Translations under genes and position numbers: made by a program | NCBI RefSeq assembly: GCF_009914755.1 | Contig: NC_060939.1 | Length of the DNA: 64,000 bases | Strand: one strand, 5' to 3' | DNA from: the human T2T-CHM13v2.0 reference genome, Homo sapiens | Shown here: positions 44,033 through 57,950 of the stretch, one piece after another | Layout of the letters: each line of letters begins with the position of its first letter | How positions within the stretch are numbered: position 1 is the first letter of the stretch | Notes under the pieces: generated by a model | Seen by the model: only the letters and a program-made list of their open reading frames with translations | The model's database searches: none | What the model was told of the DNA's origin: nothing

Positions 44033-47000
44033 GTATTTGTAGCTGGTTGTAAATCCCAGTAGTTACTAATGCACCCAACTGACCTGGTTATATTTCACTT
44101 TGACATCCCTGATGGACCTGCTAAGTGTATCAATCTGATGAAGCCTGGAGTTCCAGCCCTCAGGAGAAGTACTTAACATGAACACCTCTCTATGACGGCA
44201 GTCTGATTCCACAGGGAAAAACCATGTAGTGGGAGTGTTGTTGAGGGTATGGAAAGCTGTATGATTTATTCCAAGGAGAGAAGAGAGAGTTAGGTAGAAG
44301 AAAATAAAAATGGAAACTGGGTAGGCATCCAGACCATACTCACGGTTTGACAAATATGTATGTGGAAAAGTGTATTTATTGTGTTCTCTCTCTCTCTTTT
44401 ATCATAATGTTTATAACCTTAATGCTTTCATAGCAGCATTCGTACCTCTTTTTTTTTTTGCTTAAAAACTATTATATTTTCAACTCTATTATTTTACATT
44501 TTCAATGCCGTTCGTGCCCACTGAATGCATTGGATTATCTTTTCAATTGTTCTTTTGTCTACTTGTATACCATGTCCAACTTAGTACAGGACCACATGAA
44601 CAATGAATCAACCAGGTTCTAATGAAGATTAAGACATGAAGAGTATTCACAGCTATGTATAAACTGTATACTCATTTAACCATCTTCCCACATGACCAAT
44701 TTTAGCTAGTAGCTTGTTCATCTTCTGAAGTCTCCAGACTCCAAATTCTTACCCAGATTGATTACTGCACTAAATCTTGATTGTGCAAAGAACAGAACTT
44801 AATTATTTTGGTCTCATTTGTCAGTCAGCAGTATTTAGTGTTGCCAAGATAATTATATCATTGAAGTATGCATGACTTTAAAATATGTTGAAAAAGGTCT
44901 TTCTAAACTTGTTCATAAAGAAAAAAAAAAGTCCTTGTGAAGCCATAATTTCACTGCTGTAGGCCTCCTGGCCATTCGCGTTTATTGAGTTTACTCTTCC
45001 ACATGAAGAATGAACCATTGTTTTGTTGTCTAGGAACTGAAGGAAGATGGAAAGGGGGCATAGAAAATGAAGCACTTGTAAATGTTATTATTTTCTGTAT
45101 TTGGAAAATAAATATTTTTAAGTAAATAACGATTATCTTCTTAAAGATACACTAAAACCTTATTAAGAGATCTGAGAAAAAAAGAATTTTCAAAATAGAA
45201 ATGCTAGCTGCTTCTAAATATTCATAAAAGGTTGGTGTTTACAAACACATATATTTTTGAACCAATCTCAAGATTTTTATGTCTTTCTATGGAATTATGA
45301 AGTGTTATTCAATTATTATTAAAACATTGAAATCTCATCAAAACTTATATTTAAACGTACTGTCTTTTTGCAAGTGCTTTAATTGTAATAGCCTGTTTGT
45401 TGAGATTAAAAAGAACATCATTGATGTCATGGTGTGCTTTGCATTTTAAAATAGTAGCTAATGAATTACAAACATTCATTACTCAACAACTACTTGCTGA
45501 AATTTCTCAGGACCCCCAAATAGAGATTTATTTGTACTATATACTATCATTCATGCCCTTGCTGAGTTTATGTTGATACCCTTTTTCTTCTTCAAAATTA
45601 ATTGCCTTTTAAATTAATACTATGTTGGGTCTGACTCTTTTGTTATTTTTCTCCTATGTCATAAATTTATGTGCAAATATCTTCAGCATTGTCTGGTTAG
45701 AGAACTTACTGTTGAAAACGTGGGAATTAGTGGGGGGAGGGGTGAAGAGAGAAGAACAACTTTTATTAAACCTGGAGTCAGGACTTAAGACAGGAAAAGA
45801 AGGGCAAGTTTCATTTAATAAAATTCACTGAGGAATTTGTCTTTGACCTTTAAAAGTCCGAGCTGTGTAGTACATAATATACATTTGGGTAAATCAGGCA
45901 CTAACTTCATAAAGCATAAGGCAAAATAAGAGAGTTTCATGGTGTCTTTGCTTTGCTACATTTGAATGGTGGCTTTAATTCCACTCACTTTTTTATTTTT
46001 GGGGGATGCTGTTCTATTTATGTAAAAATGGATATCGTCAATGTTTATTTTGGGAACATTTTATTTTAAAAGCTTAGTTTCTTCTATGAGTTTAGCTCTT
46101 ATTAAATGTTTACTAAGAAAGATGATGTTTGATTCAGTTTTCATAACTAAATGCAACTAGAAACACATTGATTAAGTGATTCAAATAAGCCCATTTAAAT
46201 ACTAAATTTAGTCTTCTCTTTCACAAGCTATTGTGAAGAAAATGCTTTTAATTAGATTTTTATTTTAATAACCAATATTCATTTATATTTCCTGTAACGT
46301 GAAGACTAACATTAATGGGTAATAAAAATGAAACATTTGTGAAATGAGGAGATATAAGACAATGCAAATTAATGATTGTGTGTACTCTTGATACCTAGCT
46401 TTTTTTCTGATAAATTAGTATTTTTAATCTCAGGGGTAATGTAGATTTCTTAACTGATTACATTTTCTTTTTGCTTTAGGCACAAGAAAGCTCAGAGCCC
46501 ATGGGAGATTTAATTTATTATCATATAAGACTCCTTGGAATGAATATATGTGTTATCTTTCCAAATGACCTTACTTTATTCTACTTATGTATACAATTTC
46601 TCTGTCATAATGTCTTATTTTGTTTTTCTTTTTCAATTGTGGAAGAAGGCAGATCATCAAAGTTGTTATGAATAAGTGTTTAGAAGTACAATCAAGCCTG
46701 CAAGTAGTTATTAAGGTCTAATATTGCAAATGCTGAGGTGACATGAGACAAAGGAGGCAAGATTTCTGATCTAAAGATACTTGTATTCTGGCTGGGTGGA
46801 GAAGCCATAAACTCCTAAGGAATTAGCTCAAAGTAAGTCAACATGTGCATACATCTGTTGCACCAAAATGAAAGCCCAACCCTGACTTTAATGACATTCA
46901 GTTTCTAGAAAAACACTATTATAGCACCAATCAGAAAAGCCAAGTAACTAAATCTTTTAATTTTCTGGGCACACTAAGACTTAAGTAGTCTGAGGATATC

Positions 47001-48805
47001 AGGGTGGAAATAAATGTAGAAAAAGTTATTGTGATTCCATGGTAGTGGAAACTCCCATACACTTCTCTTTCCCTTTCTCTTTCTCTTTTCCTCTCTTCTC
47101 TTTCTTGATTCCTCTGTCTCTCTATCATTGGCTTTCCCCTTGCTACCCTGGCAGACCTGATTGACAGGTGTGACAATTCCCATGGCAAGCTAATCCCACC
47201 AGGCTGGCAGCTTTTGAAATTTCTATGTAAATACAGTATTTGTTCTAAGTACCACACTTAAATACAGTAGTTAACGTTTAAGCACCCACAGGTTGTTTCT
47301 CTTTGTACTTGAATCAACAACCATTTTCAGCTCTTAGAAGGGACCACCCACAAAACTGTACTTTTTGACTGTAGAAAAACTCAGGGAGAAACAAATAAAA
47401 TGAAGCAAAAAGTTGAGAGAAAAAAAACCCCAAAAACCACAAAACTAAATTATCGCTAAATTATCGACCCAAGGAGGCATGGTTAGGCTAAGGCCAAAAA
47501 CTCTGAATTAAACTTCCAAATCTAACCAGCTACCTCTAGATGTAAACCTGATTTTCATCTTTTCTATCACCCACATAGACATGACTTTTTTTTCCAGACA
47601 TCTTGATTACAGTTAATGTTAAAATAGCTTCAAGTCTAAAATGCAGATGTGTTGTCTTGAACTGAAACGAACTATCAAACAGACAATGATAAATAATGAT
47701 CATTTAAACTTGGCCTTTTAAAAAGCACATTGGATACAATAAAAATCAGTGTATTAGTACACTAAATGTGCTTCCAATTATGATATAAATAGTGCATAAA
47801 GCTTTAAAATTTTCATCAAATTAATGTATCACTGACATGCAAATTAACTACTGACATCTATGGTGTATGCCATGTGATGATTTCTAATTGGCAAGTGAAC
47901 CTCAGAGGATTATTTATAGATTACACTGCAACAAAGTGCTGGAGTAAATTCGCATTGTGCAGCTCAATTCAAATTGGTGTTTGAGCTTTGATTCTCTTCA
48001 CTTTTTCACACCCCTTTTGATCTCCAAAGGCTCTCAGAAATAAGCTAGCTAAGGTGCTAAATATCTAATTAATAACATTTGGGCAGAGAATTTGTCTTCA
48101 AATGACCCCTAAGAGATTTGGAGACCAGTTAATATCCCTCACTAGCTTGTTCAGGTATGAATAACTCTTGAGGCTGTTGAGTTTGAACTCCAAGATTTGG
48201 TAACATCCATTTCCATCCAAAGCACGTAAGAGAAATGTTCACACAGGAAAAGTGAGGAGGAAACTTGAAAATTTACCAAGTGTATTAATTTTTAAGAACA
48301 GCTGCTTCTAAGGATCTAAGTGGAAATCCTGTATTATTCTCTAATGGCAATTGAGGCTTCTTTTATCTTTACTTTCCATTACAATTTGTGTATGAAGAAT
48401 GCAGTGAGAGAATTACAATGTATCTGCAATTCCCATACTATGTTATTAGCTCCAAGTTTGGCCTTTCTTTATTCCATGTCCGTGTCTCCCTAAAGGTAGA
48501 ATGACCAAATAAAAAATGAAGAAGTAAGTCCATTTATTCTGAACAGTTTCATTTATTATGTGTTTTATACATGACCTCATGAGGCAAAGATACATTAGTG
48601 TAAATTCCTGCTTACAAAGATCTAACTTATTAAATAACTTTTTAATGTATTAACCTTTTCAATATTTTCTTCATACTATATCCATCCTGGAATGTACAAC
48701 TTAGCCTGCCAAGTTGGTTAAATGTCTATCTTTTCTTAAAGATTGTTAAAAAGAAACTCTCTTTTTGAAGGAATCTCCATAGCTGGGTTTAAACTTGACA
48801 TCCTT

Positions 48806-49115
48806 GATTGGGTGAGGTGGCTCATACCTGTAATCGCAGAACTTTGGGAGGCTGAGATGAGAGGACTGTTTGAGCCCAGGAGTTCCAAACCAGCTGTGGC
48901 AACATTCGGAGACCCTGTCTCTATAAATGATAATAGTAATAATAGCCGGGTGCAGTCATACACGCCTGTACTCCCCACAAGTGGAGAGGCTGAAGTGGGA
49001 GGAACTCTCTAGGCCTGGGAGCTTGAGGCTGCAGAGAGCCGTGATTGTGCCACTGCACTCTAGCCTGAGCAACAGAGTGATACCCTGTCTCAAAACATAT
49101 ATATATATATATATA
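48806..49115 (+). mobile_element. AluJ (Jo-like) with a (TA)n tail
   Basis: J diagnostics (ttgagcccaggagtt, gaggctgcag, accctgtctc); degenerate TSD acttgacatcctt / acttgatattctt. Confidence 0.9.
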
Positions 49116-49479
49116 CTTGATATTCTTTTTGTAAGAGCTTGTGTTTGTGGTGTGTTTTATAGTTTATATTGAAATCATGAAAATATTTAGACAATCTAAA
49201 AAATATATACAAATACAGTATTTATTATAAGTATTACTATCATCCTAAAGCTGAGGAGATAAACTAAATATTGGATACAAGCAACACATGGAAGTGAATA
49301 CTAGCGTTATTTTTAACACTTTTGAATAATTTGTTCTTAGGCCTGTTACCTTTTATGGAAAGGTGCCTTCACTAGTAATGAGGCCATGGCGTGGGTATGA
49401 TCAAGGCAACTTGACTTCTTGCTGATAAAGGTTTATAAGGAAATTTATCTTTTGATTAGGAAACCTCACTTAATTTCAT

Positions 49480-50640
49480 TAATAAACATTGAATGAGGAC
49501 TTACCGTGTCCCAGGTATTGAAATAAGAAATGACTATTAAAAAGAAATGAAAAGGTCCCTGCTCTGAAGGTATTTAGAATACAATGAAAAATTAAATGTA
49601 TCAAATAAATGTGTAGATGAAATCATACATATTACAGGATGTTGGGGGAGCTATAATGAAGGGTGTATGTCTCAATTTAGGAGATGGTATAGAAAAGCTT
49701 AATGGGAGAATTGAAGCTAAAAGTCAGGTATAAATTTTTCAGGTGACGAAGCAGTAGATAGTAGTCTCTGTTATAGAGTTGCTGGAGAGAAGGCAGAAAA
49801 GTGAGGCACAGATGGAGAATCAAGAAAGTCGAGCAGGAAGTATACATTAGACCAAGGTTATCATAGCACTCTGGACCAGAGATGAAGATTTAGAAGTGTA
49901 ATCCTGAATCCAACGTTCTTATACTTTGCCTACATCCATGAAGCTGAACATATCTAAGGGAAATACACAACCATGGTGTCATTTCGTACTCATTAATCTT
50001 AAGTATGTTCTTAAGGTTATCAGGTGATCTTACTGTGCTTCCTGAGTCTATATGATACTTTCTCCTCTCTCCTTAAACACTCAGTGCCTCTGTCTACACC
50101 CTCACTCTCAGATGAAGGCCATGCTTCCTATTCACTGATAAAATGGAGAACATCAGAAAGGAACTTCCATTGACACTCACTGCCACATCTATCCATCTAC
50201 CAGCACCTGCTCCCACATAATCTACCTCCTTTCAAGTTTTCTCACAGAGCCCTGGTGGAATTTCAACAGTTGTATCTTAGTAGAATGCAATGTAGAAATG
50301 GGTAAATGCAATTTGCCAATGAAAAAGACTATTCCCTTAGACCTAGAACTTCTATTTTTATTTATTTAACCTTAGGAAATAATCTGGGTTTCAGTCAAAA
50401 ATTTATATAAAGGAAGTTTCTTTGAATACTGTAAAATTAGAAACAATACATCTGCCCAAAGATGGGAAAAAAGCATGTTTATCATCATTAAAAAGCATTT
50501 TTTTCAAAGAATAACTATTGATAAGGTAAAAATGAATGATATAGTGTAAAAAGAAAAATAAAACAATACTGTACAGAGTATATCTTACAATGTTATGATT
50601 GTACATAGAAATGACCAGAAAAATGAACATGTTAAAAGGC
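49480..50640. mobile_element. L2 and L1ME fragments
   Basis: Antisense L2 3' end at ~49480, sense L2 internal at ~49960-50240, old L1 3' remnant at ~50250-50640. Confidence 0.5.
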
Positions 50641-51014
50641 TGCCCTATCAGATATTGAAATGGAAATTGTTCTGTGTAGCAAATCTATTGAAGATATACT
50701 CATCTTGGAAGAGACAACTTGATGGGAAGATTCTGGCCACACAGAAAATGTCTACTGAATAGAGACAATAGAAAAATCACAATAGAGAAAAACGTTGTCC
50801 TGTTTCCAGCAGGCATTTCTCTTACCTAGTATATCCAATCCACCAAATTTCATAGAATTAACTGCTAAAAGACATGACAAATTAACTTAATTCTTGCTAT
50901 CTCCACTGCTATCCTTCTGGTCTGAGAAACCATCATTTTGGGCCTGGATCATTGCCTTATCTCCCAGCAGTTTCCTCTCACGCTTGCCCTTGCAGAAACA
51001 AAGATCTGAGAGGC

Positions 51015-51188
51015 CATATTGCATGGTGTTTGAAGCATGGACCCCATGGATGGGCTGCCTGAGTACAAGTCCCAGAGCTTTCCCTTAATAGCTGTGAGAC
51101 TTGGGGCAGGTTACTTCTCTTCCATTTTCTCATCAATAAAATTGACAATATTAATACATATCTTATAAGGTTGTTATGAGGATCAAAT
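51015..51188 (+). mobile_element. MIR
   Basis: tagctgtgagacttggggcaggttactt...ataaggttgttatgaggatcaaatgag. Confidence 0.75.
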
Positions 51189-51414
51189 GAGTATCCCTAA
51201 TATGAAAATACAAAATACGAAATGCTCCAAGATCTGCAACTTTTTGAGCACAGACATGACACTCACAGGAAATGCTAATTGGAGCATTTTGGATTTCAGA
51301 TTTTCAGATTAGGGATGCTGAACTTGTAAGTCTACTGCAAATATTCCCAAATCACCACAAAAAGATCTAAAATCTGAAACACTTGTAATCTCAAGAATAA
51401 GGAATACTGAACCT
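51189..51414. mobile_element. Tigger4a/MER46-type MITE
   Basis: gagtatccctaat...aaatgctccaagatctg...ggagcattttggatttcagattttcagattagggatgct...ggaatactgaacct. Confidence 0.85.
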
Positions 51415-51439
51415 TATGTTTTAGCTGTTTGTCAAGGCC

Positions 51440-51965
51440 GAAATTGGATTATACTCTTCTCTGCTTAAAACCATCCAAAGGCTTCTCATTACACTTTGAA
51501 TGGAATCCTTGTAGTCACATACATCAACTTCAATTCTCACCACTCTCTGCTTCCTTGGTATTTCTATGAAAAACAAAAACAAAAACAAAACAAAAAAACT
51601 CTTGTTCTGTCACAGGGCCTTTGTGCATGCTGTTCCCTTCATCTGGGACACTTTTATTGACTCTTCATAGCTTCTTCCTGCCCTTCATGTCTCTAGCTCT
51701 GCCTTCTCCTTGAAAAGCCTGTCTGTGACTTCTATTAATCTGCAGAATATCTCTTACTCTTTTTATTCACTCTTTATTCCTTATTGTCTCTTTAATAGAC
51801 CTTATCTCAATTTGAGCTTTTCTTTTGTTTGGTTAACTCTTTTCCCCTCTATTTCATGACTAGATTTTAAATTCTGTGAAACAAGGATAATGTCTGTTGT
51901 GATTACATTTGTTCCCTTAATACTTAACAGAGAGTACAGCATATGGTAGACAACTAAATAAATAT
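51440..51965 (+). mobile_element. L2 3' portion
   Basis: ctctgcttaaaaccatccaaaggcttc...cagggcctttgtgcatgctgttcc...caactaaataaatatt. Confidence 0.75.
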
Positions 51966-52056
51966 TGGGTGAGTGGGTAGGTGGATGGATGGATGGGTGG
52001 ATGGGTGGATGGGTGGATGGATGGATGGGTGGATGGGTGGATGGGTGGATGGATGA
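51966..52056. repeat. (TGGA/TGGG)n microsatellite at the L2 tail
   Basis: gggtggatgggtggatgggtggatggatggatggg... Confidence 0.92.
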
Positions 52057-54082
52057 TAGGTTTGGTTGGCTGGCTGAGATTCTTACTATTAAGATCATGG
52101 AATTGTATTTCTGAGAGAAGCTAACTTAATATTTACAAGGTCAAATATATATGTCATATATGTGTCACTAAGGAGATACAGAAGGTTAAGTTATTAACAC
52201 TCCTTATCATTTACTTCTGGTACCTAATGTCTTAAAAATGCTTGTCAAAACACCGGTGCATTTTGAAAGAGTTAGAGAGTTTGAGAGGGAGAGTGGGGAG
52301 GTAAGTGGACTGGGGGACTCTAGACTTGAAGATACTTCAGGCCAGGACAGACCTATGGGAAATTGCGTGTGGGGGCTAGGGAGTGGGCAGGGTTGAGGTG
52401 GAAGTATTAAGGTGTTGGTAGTCCAGGCATTCAAGAGGAAGTATCAGATCAGCATTTCACAAAGAACCAGGTCAAAAATACTACATAAAGTAACTTCTTC
52501 TTAGCTTTAGAGAATGTTCAGTAGGGCCTTGCACACATAGTACCAAAATATGTGAATGAAATATTTGTCTAGGAAATTACAGTTACCTGATGTCATGACA
52601 TAAAAACAAAACTGTTTTCTTTCTTTGACTCAGCCAGTTTTTAAAATGGTAGTCAGTCAACTGGAGTATGTACATATGTGAGTGTATCTATCTTTACAGA
52701 CAAACTTTTTGTTCCACCTAGGAAGATACTTCATATGGAAGATGTTTTCATGTACTGCTTTTTATCATAAAAGTATAAAGGCCTGGAAAGTTTTGTGTTG
52801 AATGATGTTCTCTTTGTCTTACCAGGAGGTGTCACTACAGCTCACTCAAACTTAACTAGTGCATTCTATAGGGATCAACCGGTGTCAGCACTTACCAGAA
52901 TAGCATTACCTGCCTACTAAGTTTTCCACCAAGTTACGTAAAGGAAATTTGATGAAAAAAAGAATCATTTCCAGATGCCTATTTCTCCTCCATACAAATA
53001 TTCTTATCATTAATTACCTGAAACTTAAAAACTTGTTTAATATTCTAGAAACAAATGGCATTTTTACTTTCCCTTGAGTGTTAAGTGGGGACAGTGGAGA
53101 AAAAAAGAGCAGAATAAAAAGAGGAAAGATGGACACAGAGAAACATGAAAAGAAGGGTGAAACAGAAGTGTTTCCAGTGACAATGTGCTGTGTGAAGACC
53201 CCAGAGCACATTGCTTTCTCACCTGTCTTACTTGGGCTGCATCATCCGTTCCCTGCCCTTTATCTCTGCCCAGATAAGTCTAACTTTCTCTGCCAGAGCT
53301 GGGATAATTAGAACAAAAATGATTATCTGGTGTTGAGCTAATATACTATCACAGCTCTTTGACATATATAATTTTCTATCTCCCCTGATAACATTATAAG
53401 ATAGGTATTAATACAAAAATTTTCCAGGGGAAGAAAATGAAAATCAGAAAGTTTGCATGATTTGTGGTTATAATTGTGTATTTTACCATGGTCTTACCAG
53501 ATGTCAAAACCACACTCTTGTTCTTTTCATGATGCCTCTAAAGGATCACTCTCACGGGAGACTTTCCTAATGTCCTTTAACCCCTGACCCTGACCAATTT
53601 AGGTATCTCTTCTCGGGGTTCCACTGCATCTTGTGCTCGCCGTGTTTGAACATTTATCATGAATGAGCACAGCCTTCTATTCTCTTGTCTACCTCTTCAT
53701 CCAGAGTCTGAGCACTTTGAGGGTGGACACGATGTCTTGTTGAAAGAACAGAATGTGAGACCCCCATTAACTGGATGGGTGAGTAAGAGGAAAGGCTCAC
53801 CTACAGATGGGGATTCAACGTGGGTGAGCGTGTGGATGAAGGACAGCAGAGAAAGCAAGGACCCCCCAGGCCACCTGCCTTCACCCACCACCACTGGCCT
53901 CAGGTGCTCCACAGCAAGTTATCAATGAAGGGGAAAGTTTCAGATTTTTTTTTTTTTTGGAGACGTGAGAACAGGGTTAACCACCCAAGAAGCAGGTGAT
54001 ATTCATCCAGCATAGCCCACACGTTGTAGGTCCACTAGGACTGGAGGGAAGTAACTGGCATCTGAGGAGCTATGTGTTCTGC

Positions 54083-54101
54083 TGTCCTCCAGGTGGCAGC
54101 A
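54083..54101 (+). promoter_or_regulatory. CTCF motif
   Basis: TGTCCTCCAGGTGGCAGCA is a close match to the CTCF core CCASYAGRKGGCRS, in non-repetitive sequence. Confidence 0.6.
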
Positions 54102-55929
54102 TGGCCCAGCTGTTGGAGACAAGCTCAGTTCTTGGACATCCCTAATGCTGCCAGACTCAGAACTGTTCTCAAGGCGTTTAGTGCCCTGGGAATGATTAAT
54201 GGCTCTGCCCGTTCACTGCACCCGGAGGGTAATTGAGCCTGCAGTATTTTGGAGGCTGCAGAGAGGCTTTCTGAGCCACTGTCTGATAGAAGGGGCTGCA
54301 ACATTTTGGATATTATATCCCTTGGGAGACCTCCTGGAGGACATTTGTGTGCCAAAAGAGATCTTTGGTAGAACTCTTTAAAGAGGAAAAAAGACAGCCC
54401 CCCTAAAATATGGGGAAATTGAGCAGTTTTAACGTTTTTTCAGAAATTTGGTTTGCTGTATGTTCCATATTCTTTTTTCCTTCTTTGGTTCTGAAATAAT
54501 ATTCCTTTCCACCTGACTTAAAGCAAATCCTTTGGAAGGTAGCTTATGTTAATTGACTGAGTATTTTGAAAGCATGCAGGCAGAGCTATGTAAAATGTCT
54601 TAATTTAAATCAGCGCTAAGCCCTTTCATATTGTAAGCTGAGGTATTTAAAAGTAAGATGATTGGAAATTTCTAAAGTTGCACACGATTCAAGAGAATGC
54701 GAAACATGTTAGAAAGAGCTACTGGCACGAGGCTACAGCATCCATTTATTCTCAATATACACATAATATCAATTATAGAAGACAACCAACAAAAGATCTT
54801 AAGCTTGTCAGGTTGGGTTTGTGTGGCTGCTTCTGTTCATTAGAATTTTGAGTAACTGGGAAAACTACCAGATTCTTAATGGTTTCTTGAACAGGATATA
54901 CTAGGAGATCTTAGCACTGTTAAGAAAAAAAATCACATATAAATTCAAAAAACCTTTGCTCATCTATGTGGCCAAATGGGGAATCTAACCCTCCCCCTTT
55001 CTGTAGTTTGGATTTAAGTACCTGTGGTGGTGGTTTTTTAGCTTCTTCTGTGGATTCATTAATATCACTTTGGTACTTTCAAGAACAGTTGTTCTTCCCT
55101 AACCTGTGAGATTTTACTCTCCATTATAGAAGAGTCTCTCCTCCTAGCCTGTGATGATTTGATGCTGTACCCTGTATACGAGGTTATCTTCCAGATGTTT
55201 AGAGAGCCAAACTTAACTGGTTCTCTGTGTGCCAACACTTTTAAGTTTTCACAGGCAGTGAGTTTAAGGTCTTTAAATCATTGGAATAGAGTAGAAAATC
55301 AGAAGAACAATTAGGATGGCCCCTCAAATTCTGTTTTTAAATTAGGTTACAGATGTGCATAGACTGCTCTTCTATCTTGCCTTGCTTTGTTAAATTTATC
55401 TCAAAGATTGAACTTGCAAGTGTCTTTTTTTTTTTTTGTAATGAAGACCTAAGCTAAAGATTGAAAGAAAGGAGTGGAGAGGGGGAATTAATTGAAATAA
55501 ATCCACAATAGTTCATTCATAGCCTCTAATTTAACTACCACAACAAAATTAGTGGGAAAAAAAAATCCTAGCATTAAGTCTTGTTTGATGATTCTTGACT
55601 CACTGAAGGGCTTTTCTCAGCCTACCAGTTTCTTTGGCTGTTTTGGATAATTTATCAGAAATGTCTTGAAATGACCTCTTGATATGGAGATCTGTATTCC
55701 CATGCCGTCATTAATTATTGCACTGTTTAATATATACACACTATGGAGTACTCTAAGTATTATTGTTTATATTTCTTATTTTTTTTACTAATTTTTCAAA
55801 ATACAAATTTCTTTCTGTGTCATATTTGTAAACTAATAATAATTTTTGGATATATTTAAATCATTTCCTTGGGGAGTCAAAAGGCTTACTGTCCTAGAAA
55901 AGGACAGAGTTGGTATTACCTGACACATG

Positions 55930-56384
55930 TAACATAATGCCCTCCAACTTCATCTGAGTTGTTGCAAATTACAGATTTTCCTTATTTTTTTGTGGCTGAA
56001 TCGTACTCCATTGTGTATATACCTCATGATCTCACTCACACGTGGAATGTAAAAAATTGATCTCATAGATGTGGAGAGTAGGATGGTGGTTACCAGGGGT
56101 TGGTGCAGAGGGTGGGAAGATCTTGGTCAAAGGATATAAAATTTCAGTTAGACAGGAGGAATAGGTTCAAGAAATCCATTGTACAAATGGTGACGATAGT
56201 TAATATACTGAATTCTTGAAAATTGCTGTGGGCGGATTTTGTGTTCTCACTACAAAATATGACAACTCTGTGAGGTAATGCATATGTTGATTGGCTTGAT
56301 TATACCATTCAAAGTATGTATTTTTCAGGATTTGATATTGTGCAATATAAATATATACAATTTTATCTGTCAATTAAAAAAATA
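55930..56384 (+). mobile_element. L1MA (MA5-7-like) 3' end with an inverted 5' segment
   Basis: 55930-56022 is antisense ORF2 end; 56023-56384 is sense 3' UTR ending ttttatctgtcaattaaaaaaataa. Confidence 0.85.
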
Positions 56385-57789
56385 AGATATGGATCCCATT
56401 GTGTCTAGGATCATGTTGATTCCTAAAGACAGAGCTCTAAGGAAGTGGATTAGGTGAAAACAATAACAGCTTGGCCTCCTCCTCTGCTTAGAAGGGCTCC
56501 TGTGTTGTGTAACTCCCAAGTGAATCTTTCACACCAAGGGTGGTCCAAGCAGGGACCTGGATTCACACTTGCAATTGGATGAGATTTTTTTTTCTCTTTT
56601 CTTTGGGGAGGATAACGGTTAATTAGTAAGCAAGAGAACCAGGATTCAAATTTAACTTTTTCTAAACCCAAAGCCCAAAATTTTCATTCTGCTTCCTTGA
56701 CACCAATATTTTTGACAAACTGTTTGTAGCAAAGGATCACAAAATTATACAGTGACAGGAGGGAGGACACGTATACGTCAATATGTTTTTGTGCTTCTCT
56801 GAAACACCTAAGGGAAGAGATTTCAATGGGTACAGTTTGGAGTCCTTTCCTGGGAAGGAACTTCCCTTAAAAAGCATCATTCTGAGGACTAAACAGGAAA
56901 AAGATGTGGAAGAGAAAAACATTGACAACTACTTTACACTTTTCCCCTATTGGTTTTGCCTTTGTGTCTCAGCATCAGCAGTAAGTAATTGGGCTTTAAG
57001 ATCATTAAAAGTTTCTGTATGTAAGTCCACTTGTTTGTTTGTTTATCTGTTTTTATCTCATTATTTCTAGTCTTTCCACAAAATATTTCAGGAAGCAAAT
57101 GTGTTAGGATAGTTAAATAGACCTATTGGCTAATGAAGAGGTTTATATTAAGGTGCAGAAGAAAGTTATGAAAACAGATGGTTTCAGCTGCTCTCATTAC
57201 CAGCCATGAATTACACCACCTGGAGAACTGCAATTCCTGTGAATTCACAATACATTTCCAGCAAAGTGTTTTGCTAAGTAGTCTTGCTGGGTGGAGTAGG
57301 TTTTGTAGTTGAGTAAGGCAAAGGTATAAGCAAGCCACTTAGAGCTCTGTACTCTAGGAAGAGTGTGTGTCTCCCCTACAAAAGCAGAAAATAAAAACAT
57401 TCCTGTTTTACTTGGAATATGTTTTAGAACAAATATTTAAATATCTAAGTGGATATGTACATGGGTCCTTGTGTATGTGTGTGATATTTCTGCAATTCCT
57501 TCCAAAAAAATGATGTAGTCCCATTGTGAAAACCTAACTACAGAAGAGCTAGAAATTTATTTATTCCATCTTGACCTGTGCTCAACTTTTCCATGATAAA
57601 ACACTCCTCAAACCTTCCTTTGCAAGAAAACTTGCTAAACTAAAATATATCTCTCCTCTCTCCTGCCTTCTCAGTACCAAAGTGTAGGATTTATTCTAGA
57701 GTATTTTGTGTATATGTGTGTGTGTGTGAACTGAGATGTCTAATAATACAAATAAATGGCATTTACCAAATTCATACTGTGCATTTTGC

Positions 57790-57950
57790 AGTGAGCTAGG
57801 TTAGCTAGTTACATACGTTATTTCATTTAGTTCTCATTATGAAAGTTACTATTATTAATACTGTTTGACAGATTTAAAAAAACAGAATCTTTGAGAGGCC
57901 AAGTAGCATGCCTAGATTTCAGCCAGTTGCGGTAGAACTGAGGTCATCCT
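57790..57950 (-). mobile_element. MIR
   Basis: ttatttcatttagttctca...ctattattaatactgtttgacaga...gagaggccaagtagcatgcctag. Confidence 0.6.

Noticed and set aside
56783-57070. 95-aa ORF as a coding exon
   Set aside because: No convincing splice-site pair and no recognisable homology.
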